From Schmidtea polychroa (Eukaryota), in NCBI GenBank assembly GCA_044892525.1, contig CM097885.1, positions 240,932,001-240,996,000 of the forward strand: DNA of 64,000 nucleotides, given 5' to 3'. Position 1 is the first letter of the stretch. Every line of letters starts with the position of its first letter. The notes under the pieces were generated by a model. It saw only the letters and a list, made by a program, of their open reading frames with translations. It had not been told where the DNA came from and made no database searches. Of this stretch, positions 50,721 through 62,800 are shown piece after piece. The position numbers and the translations under genes were made by a program.

Positions 50721-52479
50721 GAGTGTTATTACTATTAAATGTATATAATAGTGAATATAATAATTCGTTATTTTCTTTTATTATTTGATAATGAGTTTTG
50801 TGTTGGGCTAGAACTGATTTCTAAACCCAAAGTTAGGAATGGGACGAAATGTGTCAGTACACAACACGCATACCCAGCATTAAGTTTACTTAAATAAAAA
50901 TATATAAAACACCAAGTAAACAATAATAATAGAGATAATATACCCAAAAATAAAACATCTGAATTAAAAATAAAATAAAACACGAGCAAGAAGTATTACA
51001 CGAAAACCTACTCAAATATAACCGAAAGACATAAAACAACAAAAAACAAATTCGAATAAAGGCGATTAGTAAAAATTAAAAAAGAAAATTAAAGAAAATC
51101 TTCATAAAATCTTACGTAAAGAAAATTATATCGATATTTTGAATAAAAATCCAGAACAATTCATAAAAATGGCGAAATCCATCATGACGGCCAAACGACC
51201 CAATAAAATTTATAAAAAATAAATATTTTAGTTTAAAAAATAAATATTATAGAAAAGAAATCATAAAAAACAATTTAAAAATAAGAAATAGATTGAATTT
51301 AGCATGGACTGTTCTGGAAATGCTGAAATCCATCATGAAGGCAAATTTAATAAAAAATAATTCGAAAATAAAATTTCAAAAATAAAAACAAAAATTCTTA
51401 CTAAAAAATCGCCATCAAAATCGATAAAAATTAAAAATCGAATGTTCGAGAATTAAAATAATCTGAATTTGTTTTAATGCATCAATGCACGCATGTATAC
51501 TTACACGTCAAACAGAGGCTATATAAACTGACACATTTCGTCACTTTGGAAGCAAGGGGAAAAAATGCAAATGAATATTTTTACTCTTATGCCAAATTTT
51601 TGGTTTTGATTTCTCTGAGATTGTAGGTAAGGACGATTTCATTGTGAATTATAAATTATTATTATTGAAAGCTTGTTTTCATTATTTCTTTTTAACTATA
51701 GAAATGTAGGTTTGAGTGAGATCGTCGGTTATCATTGATTTTGAAGCGAGATCCCAGCCAACCCTGCACCTATGCACTTTATCATCGATGATTAAACAGC
51801 CCACAATGATTGCAGGCCACTGCCTGGCACGCACTTATCAATATTATTTGTTTTTTTTTGTTCAGGTCATTCGGAGGTCGCACCACTTCATGGTTCTGCC
51901 ATGGAGTTAAGTCGATGAAATCCTCCGTCTGACTCTACCTATTTATTATAGGTCAGCCGTAAAGGGTTGACTTACCACACAACAGTAAGGTTTGTCGTAG
52001 TGGTCACAGTGGGGCCGCGAAAGCAAACACTCTTCCCGACTTTCAATGCATGAATAATTTACATAGTTAAAATCTACATCCAAAATCATCACAATACAAT
52101 ACACTAAGGTTAATAAACAGAGTAGATCTCAGACCTAAATTAATCACAACTCTACAATTCACAATTAATGTAGACGGTTAAATATCATCAAGAACCAAGT
52201 CTACCTATACGTTTGTCGAATCTAGATTTATAAATGTCTTAAATAAATTTTCTAGTAATAGTGTAAAGTAAAGATTTTTTAAAAATGATTGATTTAGTAG
52301 TGATAGTATTCATAAAGGTGTTCGACATGCGCATCAGCAAGACTTGGATTTTAAATTGAATAGACTCTAAACTAACTATAAAAATTCAAATCGTAAACCC
52401 ATAACAGTATAAATTATCCTCTCAATTTCATAAAAATGTGAATTATACTTATAGATTTAATTTCTTCAAAATATAAATT

Positions 52480-53110
52480 ATGATTAGTTATAAAGGTATA
52501 AATTATAAATTTAATTTCTTGAAATTATAAATTACAAATTTGTATTGACGATAAAAATTATAAATTATAACTCTAAGTTAATTATAAAAGTATAAATTAT
52601 AATCTTAACTTCATAAAAATATAAATTATAAAATTATATTAGCTTTGGAAATATAAACTATAAATTGAACTTCACCAAATATAAATTATAAACTTAAAAG
52701 TATAAATTATAAAATTATATGGGCTCTAAAATATAAACTATAAATTTAACTTCATCAAAATATAAATTATAAAATTATATTAGCTTTAAAATATAAACTA
52801 TAAATTTAACTTAACTTCATAAAATATAAATTATAAACTTAAAAGTATAAATTATAAAATTATATTAGCTTTAGAAATATAAACTATAAATTTAACTTTA
52901 TAAAAATATAAATTATAAAATTATATTAGCTTTAAAATATAAACTATAAATTTAACTTAACTTCATAAAATATAAATTATAAACTCAAAAGTATAAATTA
53001 TAAAATTATATTAGCTTTTAAAACATAAACTATAAATTTAATTTCATAAAAATATAAATTATAAACTTATATTAGCTGAAAGACTATAAATTATAATCTT
53101 AATTTGGTCA
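52480..53110 (+). repeat. AT-rich minisatellite (~55-65 bp units: AAATATAAATTATAAAATTATATTAGCTTT...AAACTATAAATTTAACTTCAT)
   Basis: Visible tandem array with short variant subunits (TATAAATTATAAACTTAAAAG). Confidence 0.9.
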
Positions 53111-54842
53111 TAAAAGTATAAAATATAAACTACGTTAGCGATAAAAATATAATCTATAATAAGTTGTAAATATTTTATAAATACCCCCCCCCCAAGTTAC
53201 GTAATGGTCGAAACAAATGTCCAGATACATAATCTAACTTATATATGTATATTTGAAACTTATAAAAGTATAACTTACCTTTTTCATGAGTACCCCCCTC
53301 AAACTATACATTAGTCGAGAACAATATATATAGCAATAAATTAACTTATATACGTGCAGTTATCAAACTTAATAATTCCTCAGATCACCTAACCATTAAT
53401 TATTGTCTAAATACATTAATACATTATCTTTACTATATAAATTTGGAAAATTTTGATAAATGACCCCCCTTAATTCATATAACCATCAACCACTACCTGA
53501 TACACTCAGTTAGACTATTTAATATATATACTTAACTTGGATTACCTTTAAAATCATAGTTGAAAATTTTTCATCAAAGACCCCCCAATAAACCATATCG
53601 TCATCAACTACTACCTAAATATACATTTAACTTATATAATATTTAAAAATATAAATTGTAAATTTTTATGAATGACCCCCTCAAAATTATACAGTCTTTA
53701 CCCATTACCTAAGCATACTAAATTAACTTATCTTAATATATATTTAACTTATATTATATTTTAAAATATAAATTGAAAATTTTCATAAATGACCCCCTTC
53801 AACTCATGTAGCCATTAACTATTCCTTAGGTATACTGAATTGTATCATCTTCGTATAGAGTTAAATTATATTTCAAACCAAAAAAATAATTCCATAAATT
53901 TTCGTAAATGATCCCCCCCCCCATATGTAGTAATCTTNNNNNNNNNNNNNNNNNNNNNNNNNNNNNNNNNNNNNNNNNNNNNNNNNNNNNNNNNNNNNNN
54001 NNNNNNNNNNNNNNNNNNNNNNNNNNNNNNNNNNNNNNNNNNNNNNNNNNNNNNNNNNNNNNNNNNNNNNNNNNNNNNNNNNNNNNNNNNNNNNNNNACT
54101 CTTACTATTATTATTACTATTATCATTATTATTATTATATTATTAAAATAATTATCTTTATTTCATAAAAATAAAGTTATAAAACAAATTATTGATTTTG
54201 GGATTCCCCTATCTCTAAATTTAGTTTCAATGGCCCTATCTTCCAATAAAATTACGGAAAATCACTAAAATCTATTTTTAGTAACACCCCCCCCCCCTGA
54301 AAACGACATCAATATTATTAATTTAAATTATATCCATATATGTATATATGTGTATATGTATGTGTATATATAAGTGGATGTGTGTATGTACATACCGATT
54401 TATAAAACAACCTTATAACAATACGATAACCTTCCCCCTCAAGACCCCTGTTATGTGATGGTCACAACCCCTTTAAGGTGATGGAACGAGGATAGAGTAG
54501 TTTACTGAAGTAATTTAGTAGAATCATTTATTAATTTATTAAAATTATTGGATTTATTTTTAACTAGATCAAAAGAAGAAAAAGAAAAACAAAGACTAAG
54601 TTTATTGATTTCGATCATCAAATTTATTCACATAATTGTTTCTTTGAATCATATTCATACCAAAAAGTCCTTCGAGCTCAGTTGATGGACCATCCCGATG
54701 AAATACATTTCCTGGGGTTGGAAAATGGAAAACTTATATTAAAATATCTTTCAGAATTTCTTTTAGATTTCCACAATTAAATAATTCCAAATTATTTCTC
54801 ACAAATATATTCGATCAAAAAGAATTTTAATATTTTATTTAA

Positions 54843-55511
54843 TTACAACATCCTGAATTTATTTCTTTGCTTGGCTGCTTTAAGATCATAAATGGGCATT
54901 TTTCATTTATTAATCGGATAAAATCAGTTTTTCTGTACAACCTTTACATTCTTCACCCCAGCTTTCTAATATTTTTTGAGATCTTTAACGCGAGCTTTGT
55001 TTAGATTAATACCAGTAAGATCAATAGGTTTGTCTGAAAAATAGTTGAATTAATATTTAAAATCTTAACTGAACATACCATATTTTAATTCACAAATTTG
55101 TGAATCAATTGCTTTTAGTTTTTCAAACTTTTTCAGCGGGCATAACCCAACTCAAAGGCTGAGACAAATGTTTTACAATATATGCAGTAGATGTTACCAA
55201 TCCTCCAATATAATAACACTAAAAATAAATTACAATTTTATAGTAATCAGTTATAATACCTTACCAGACTTTATTCTTTTCCTTTACTTGTTTTGCTCAT
55301 CTTTTTGAATTTATTTTCAATATTTTCGATATTTGTACTTTCATCTCCATCTAGACTATCTTTCAGGCGTCTCACAAACTTAACACAAACTGAACAATTT
55401 TTAAATATAATAAAAATAAGTGCCAAATACCTTCGCAATTATTTTCATTAACTGTAGCTGACATTACATAGTAAACAATGATTAGAAAAGAAAAACTGAT
55501 AAAATTTTCAT
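54843..55511 (-). pseudogene. MANF: MANF/CDNF (ARMET) homolog with three retained introns and multiple lesions
   Basis: [81 protein letters not shown]. Introns 55430-55390, 55264-55219 and 55078-55034. Three 1-bp homopolymer deletions, a 2-bp deletion and an in-frame TAA. Confidence 0.88.
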
Positions 55512-57859
55512 TGCAAAATATTACTAATATAAAAAAAATGGTTTGTTAAAAAAAATAATTAGTTAAAACAAGTTTAAAATACTTCAAACTGACGTATAAG
55601 TTTTGTTTAAAATGTAAGTAACGAGTATTGTAAAATTAATTTAATATTATTATAAATTTTGAATTAAAATTTTCTTAAAATTCTAGAAAAAAAAAATCTA
55701 CTATTAATAGAAAACAAATTTTTAAAAATAAATAAAGTTTGAGTCAATTTGAATTTTCTAGAAGTATCTCTTAAAATTATATAGGGAATTGTTTTGTAAC
55801 AGTTATTGATGTATTTTGAATTTATTTAACTTGAATTAAAAATATAATATTAACAAAAATGTATTGTGAGATTTTGATTGTTGATCTAACCATCTCTCTA
55901 TAACTACCCGGGCTCAACAAAGGGGAGTGTCATTGTAGGTCAACTAGGACAGTCATAGTCACCGCGAAATACGCTTAGTCAAATAATACGCGGTCATAAA
56001 CAATCATGGTTCTTGTAAAGTTATTATATTTTGTTGTTGTGGTTGGTGAAATTTCTGACCCTTATTTGTATGTTCACTAATATATAAGTTGTTTGTTTTT
56101 GATTATTTTCTAATTAAATTCATTATTCCCAAAAATTTCTTAAGGTATGTTTAATAAACTTTGGTTATGTTTCACTTAATTTATACTCAAACATGTTAGA
56201 TGGGGTATTGTATGAACAGGTTTTGATAGATTAATGTATGATTCCTGATGACTTATGATCGTTTGAGGATAGAAAGTTTGTATAGGCATAGTTGAGGAAG
56301 TGATTATAATAAGGGACCTGCGTAAATCGGACATACATCTTCTAACGATAGTCCGTGAACCCATTAGAGTGCTCGACAATTACAGTGCAAGTAGTGCGCT
56401 CACTTTTTGCGAGTACTCACCCTCTTGATACAGTACCAACGTTGATCGCTCAACGGGTATCAAGCGGTAAACAATGTTGTATCTTGGGTTACGCTGGTAA
56501 CAGCACTAAAGAGCAAAATATTTGATCATCAGTAACCCACCATACAAATTTTGGGGCTCAGCCGGGATTATAAACTTTCTTGGTAAAGAACCTGTAAGTA
56601 GACGGGAATGCATAGCGTTTTTATGATCAGGAAATTCTAAATAACTTGATGGAATTAACCGGCTACATTGTAAAGAAACTTGAAAATTCGTAAATTTAAC
56701 TAATAACTCACTACAAAGATTGAATGGAAAAGCAGAGTAGTTGGCAAACATCCAAGAAGGACTGATCTTAAAACCAAAACCAGTAGATGATGAATTGTGT
56801 ATAACGATGAGAATTGCTACATCAAAGGTGGAATTAACTACTCAAAGAGTATATCAGATTCAGAATTTACGTTTGGATAATGCCAAATTTAACATCAAAT
56901 GGCAAGAATTAAAGATAAAAATTGAAACGGTTGAAGATGCGATAAAAGAGGCGGTCGAGAATGAATTAAATGTTGTGTGTGCAGAGCAATGAGATAAAAA
57001 TAATGATGGTACCTTGAGGACATCTATGTTATTGCCAAGATTGTGCATTGAAACTGAAGCCATTGTAATGTATGTGATGCAAACGTGAGAGAAAGAGTAG
57101 TAGTGTACATCCCTAAGGGAGATGTAGAAAAATTAAAGATGATGAAATGAATTGCTGCTGAGTGTGAGTTAGTAAAAAGTTAGTAAAACTAATTCCATAA
57201 TAGCAACCGAAAGGTATAAAACATACGTTGAACATAGACATATGAAATACACAAAAGCCGTTAAATAAATAGACAAGCAACACACAAATTAAATTGGCGA
57301 AAGCCGTGAATTAAATACAGGACTGGCTGGGATCGCATCAAGTGTGAGCTGATCTATAAGATCAGTACGATTACCATTTTTTTTCCTGTTTTTGTTTTAT
57401 TATTTTTGGCATAGAGAGACAGGACCATAAGGGGATGAGAAGCATATCGTCCCTACGATGCTTACACGGATGGGGAAATCCTGATCACCTTGATGAGAAG
57501 AGTATAATTGGGCCCATCGCAAATGTTGGAGAGTTTCTGTCGAGTGACTGATCACCACTTGTGGGAAATGAACCAACTCGGTTATTATATTTTTTGAATT
57601 TGGGAGACTAGGACAAACTAGAAGCGTAAATAAAAAGAAAAAGATAAAAATAAAAATTGAAAATGTGCACCAAAAGATTAAAAATTAACATTATCCGAGA
57701 GCAGCTGCGGATTTGAAGAAACTGTTTTTGGACTTCAAATCGGATGAGGAGTACTCATTGATATGAATTTTTCCCTAGCGAGTGATGAGGCACCCGAGTA
57801 CAGCGGCTAACCACCGGACTGTAGTGTCCAGGAGATTATCAGCCAAGGGACTGATGATG

Positions 57860-58860
57860 CTGGATCACCCAATACAAAAACCCGGATACCCACACCGAGT
57901 ATTGGGCGCATTTTTATTTGATTAGCTAGCGGGACTTGATACAAAAACCCGGAAGGGTAGCGAGCGAGAGAGACCCAGTTACCTACACCGAGTATTAAGG
58001 AGCCCAGTGAAACGGTTGTGAGATGCGGGTCAACCGGTAAAGGACTCGTACTCAACAGGCAACCAAGATTGGACCAGTTGTGAGGCGGAGGACCGAAAGT
58101 CAACTGCATATCCAATTTCCTTTTATCTTCACTAGTCGGGAGATCTGGTTCATCACTTTTGAGAATCAAGATCGAGGCGATTAGGTATTTCCGTGTTTTT
58201 TAAATCCTGATAGATAGGATGTTTTTTCTTCGTGATTATTGCTAGCAGGGGTCGGTACAAAACCCGGATGCCCACACCGAGTACCGATAGACCCAGTGAA
58301 ACGGCGATGAGATTAGAGTTACCGGTATTAGGCTCTTTTCAATAGGCAGCCAAGAATTGAGCCAGTTGTGAGGCCTCAGCAGATTAGGAATTTGAGTAGG
58401 AGGAGCCTTGAATTTTTAATTGGTCCGAAAGTCAACTGTCAACTCAATTTAATCGCGGTAGGGACGATAGTAGGTGTAAAAACCGAAAGCGTCGAGGGGT
58501 TGAAGAAACCTCATTTAGGGCATTTGAAACCGGTCAGGGACCGAAGACCGCGAATATGGCGTAATGGTGTAAAAGCCCAGACGTCGAGGAGTCGTAAAAG
58601 ACTTCAAATTATGATTAAACCGGCCGGAAGCCGATGCCGACGTGGAGGTCTAACAAACCAAAGCGTTGATGGGTAATAATGGATTATATGGCGTAACGGT
58701 GTAAAAGCCCAGGCTTCGAGGAGTCGTAAAAGACTTCATGGGATTAAAATGAGTTGATTAAACCGGCCAGAGAGCCGATGGTAATTGAGTGAAATGATTT
58801 AAATGAAATAAGAGAGTTGATTAAACCGGCCAGGGAGCCGATGGTAAATAAATGTAGACG
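57860..58860 (+). repeat. Nested direct duplications in the leader upstream of the giant gag ORF
   Basis: AAAACCCGGAT.CCCACACCGAGTA..GACCCAGT in several copies (57877, 57945, 58261); ATGGCGTAAYGGTGTAAAAGCCCAG..GAGGAGTCGTAAAAGACTTCA twice (58557, 58688); GATTAAACCGGCC three times. Confidence 0.85.
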
Positions 58861-59849
58861 CAGAGATCGCGCGAACCAAAGCATCGATGATTAACTATAA
58901 ACAAACGATTAAGATGAAATTGATTAAATTGAATAGATTAAGTGCGACAAAGATGTAATGAGTAAAGGAAAATTATGATAGAGCGCCGGCGCAAGAGAAA
59001 CTGAAACCAAATTTTTGAATGGGGAAAAGCGAATGAGGAGACATTAATTAAGTTACTGATGAGTTTTATATGTATATGACTAATGATATATATTTTCAAT
59101 TATATAATTGATGTTGTGATTATATGATAGATAATTGATACGACGATATAGATAATTCATATGAGTTATAGATAATTAAAAATGGACTTAAATTCAAAGG
59201 GGGTGAGTAACAAAAAGTAAAAGCGTACCATGAATTAGAAAAGGAACAACGAGAGAAATAATGAGTAAAGAGTAGTATAAAATAAGGGAAATAAGGAAAT
59301 AAATGAAGGGTAGGATAAAATGAATAAAATATTATGATATGTACTAGGAGTGTTAATTATTTTAGAATAAAGCAAACCATTCAGAAGGAAATCAATAGAA
59401 GCCAAGAATTCAAGAGTAATAAAGAGAAATCAAAAATTCAAAAGAAACCAAGCAAATAATCAAGAGAATCAAACGAGGATAGGAGAAAGGTAAACAAAGT
59501 CAAATTAAATACCAAGAGGAAAATTAAAGCGTTGGCCAACGAAACACAGTGAAATTCAAAAGAGATTATTAAAGCAAGAAAAATTGATAATAAAGCCAAT
59601 CGAACGAGATCGCAGAGCAAAGGAGGCTCTAGTTTATTAGGAAACGCAGGGAGACAAAGAGCCAAGAGAAACAGAAGAATCAATAAGAAACCAGCGTCAG
59701 TGAAAACATTATTTGAATCAGACAGCTTAACCAACGAAGGTGAAAACATCGACGATATTAAAAGAAACGAATTATATCCGGTAACTGATATCAAACCAAC
59801 AGACAAAGAAGATAGTAGTTCAGGCATAACAAGTTTGTGTCGAGATATA

Positions 59850-62800
59850 ATGTTAGACGGAAACCAAGTGAACAACCCGAATGGGTCAGAGTCGACATAC
59901 ACACCAGAGATAAACCATGTCAACGTCAATGTTGGAGAATTTAGAGAAAGATTTCGAGGAGAACCATTCGATGGGAATATTAATGAACTAGAAACGTTTA
60001 TAAAAGAATTCGAGGTATATATTACGATATGTCACTGGCCAGACATAGTCGTACGAGAGCGAATACCATTATATTTAAGAGGAAGTGCACAAGATGTATA
60101 TTTAGAGGCAAAGTGTGATGCAACAAAACTAAAAACATGGAAATCAATAAAGAATTTTTTAATAAAATCATTCGGTAGCAAAAGGGAAGTAAATCGCAAA
60201 ATGTTGGATTTTCTGCATCGAAAGCAGAAATACAATGAGTCAAACGCACTATATGCATGTGAATTAAGACGACTGGCAAAAGAAGCATTCGATTCAAATC
60301 AAACAGTTCCGGAAGACAAGATAATAGCCGTATTCGTAGAGGGTATAAAAAGAAAGGACATACGAGCAACAGTGGGTTGCCGAGCACCAGACACGCTCGA
60401 GGAAGCATTAAAAATCGCTAATAAATGTGAAAACTACTTGACTCCAGTACAAGTAGCAGCAATGGCAGCAGTACCAATAGCTACAACACCAACAACGACA
60501 ACCGAAATTAATCAAACCAACAATGAAAATCTAGGAATGAATCAATTTATCTCAGAATCGCAACAGTTGTTCAAGGCGCCAAAAGCGACAAATCCAGATA
60601 ACAGAGGTAATATTCAATTTTACACTAATAATTTCAGTAGCAACGAGAACAATAATCGGAAGTGTAACATATGTCAACGACTAGGACATTGGAGCAACGA
60701 GTGTTATAAGACAAGGATGTGCCAAAATTGCGGTAAAAGGGGTCACACAGAAAATATATGCCGAGGACCAATGATGTCGATGAGAGGAGGAAGGACTAGA
60801 ACCTGCTACAGTTGCAACCAACTTGGACATGTGGCGAGAGAATGCGCGATGAAGACAAAACATAATCAACCAAGAGCAAACGATCCAAGTCAAAATATAC
60901 AAATCAACATCATGCAGAAAATTGAACAGTTGAAAAAGATGATCCAACGGATACCAGAGGATATCCGGAAACGACCAACAAGAGAACAACAAGACCAGCA
61001 ACGAATCGAAGGGCAGAGACCACTAAACGAAAAAGCCAGAGAAATTCAAAAAAGATGGAAAAAGCGAGAAACCAACACCGGAAGAATAAATATGATGAGA
61101 TTAATGAACAAAGGGGAACCGCACACTGCGGAGCAGTGTGTTAACAAGGAAGGGAGCGATATGACCGTAATCAACGAGACAAAAGTGATAAAAGAAAATG
61201 GGTCACATCAATTGACGGAGCAATTGACAGAACTGAGTAGCGAGGATAAAATAAAAATAATACAAGGGTTCACCAAAGAAGAAAAAGAAAAGAGACGAAG
61301 AAGAGATGAAACAGGGCACGAACCAAAAAGCAACGAGATTGTTACAAAGAATCGAATTCAGAGGGTATTACTACAAAAAATTGAAAATAGAATTAGAAGA
61401 GAAGAACCAAATTTAACGGATGAGCAAGTAAAAGAAAAAGTAAAAGACAACTGGTTCAGGAAAAATGAGTGGTTCGAAAAGAAAGAACCAAGTAATAGAG
61501 CCAATATAAACATGCTGAGACAAATACAGAAGGATCAGACGGACCAGGAAGACGAGAAAAGTGCGGTGAGTAGCCTGAGAAGTGAATTATTTCAATCAAG
61601 TGATGAAAATAATGAACAAGGAACACCTCAAAATAACGAAGAGGGTGAGAGCGACGATATGGAATCACCGATAGAAAATGACGATGAGGAAATATTTGAG
61701 GAAATTTCCGACACGGTATCGGAAAGAGAACGAAATGAGAACTATATCAACGAACCAACATACAGAAAATGTATAAAACTGATAACTCAAGCATACCAGT
61801 GGGAAGGAGGTATATTAACGGCAATATGGAAAGATTTGGCGACGAAATATAAAGGAAAATTGAAAGAAGTTGATCCAGATCAATACCAAGTAAGTATTCA
61901 ACACCCTGAAACTCAGATGCAGATTATTGAATTAAAAGTAACAAATATCGATGAACTGTATAATTGGGTACAGGAAAAGATGGGAACAAGTCATAAGAAT
62001 AAACAACTATACGATAATGGTTACAAAGTTAAAATGAGCATACATCTAGTAGATATGATGAGATGGCCAAACGAAGTTAATATCTTAATCTTAAAGAAAA
62101 ACAGAGACAGCGAATCAGTAACGGAAATACTGAGGAAAATCCAACAGATATTCAACAATGAAGTGGAACCAGAAATAGAAAAGACTGAACAAAAGATAAT
62201 GAAGGAAAATCAAATAATCGTAGTAAAACAAGCAATCGATCAAGCGAAGAAATATATTAACAGATTTAGGGAAAGATGGCCGCAGCTAATGAAACAGTTT
62301 GTCAAAGACGTACGGGATACTGAGATTATGGGATTTGAATATAAACGAGCAACGGAGTTGATATCAAAATATGGTGAATACGAGAGAATCAGATGTGAAC
62401 AAGAATTACCATGGCCATCCAACAGAAAAGTGACAATAGTAAGAGAATCACTGAAGAATAGTCATTTAAATAAACACGAAGAAATGATCAAAACATCACA
62501 TGTCGAAGACGACATTTTTGGAAAAGGCCGGAGTGGAAAAAATGACAAAGACCATAACGACAAAAATGAGGAAGACGACGGGAACCATGAAAGGAACAAC
62601 ATAAATGGGAACTCAAACGAACGAGATAATGAAGAAGACAAGGAGTCAGAAGATGACGACGAAGACTTGAAGGATACTGAGGACAACTCAGACCAAAGTG
62701 AAGACAACCAACATAATGAAACAGAGAACGACAAACGAAAGTCCCCACTGCATAACATAGTAATGCGGAAGAATCTAAACCAGTCACTCCTACTACAAAT

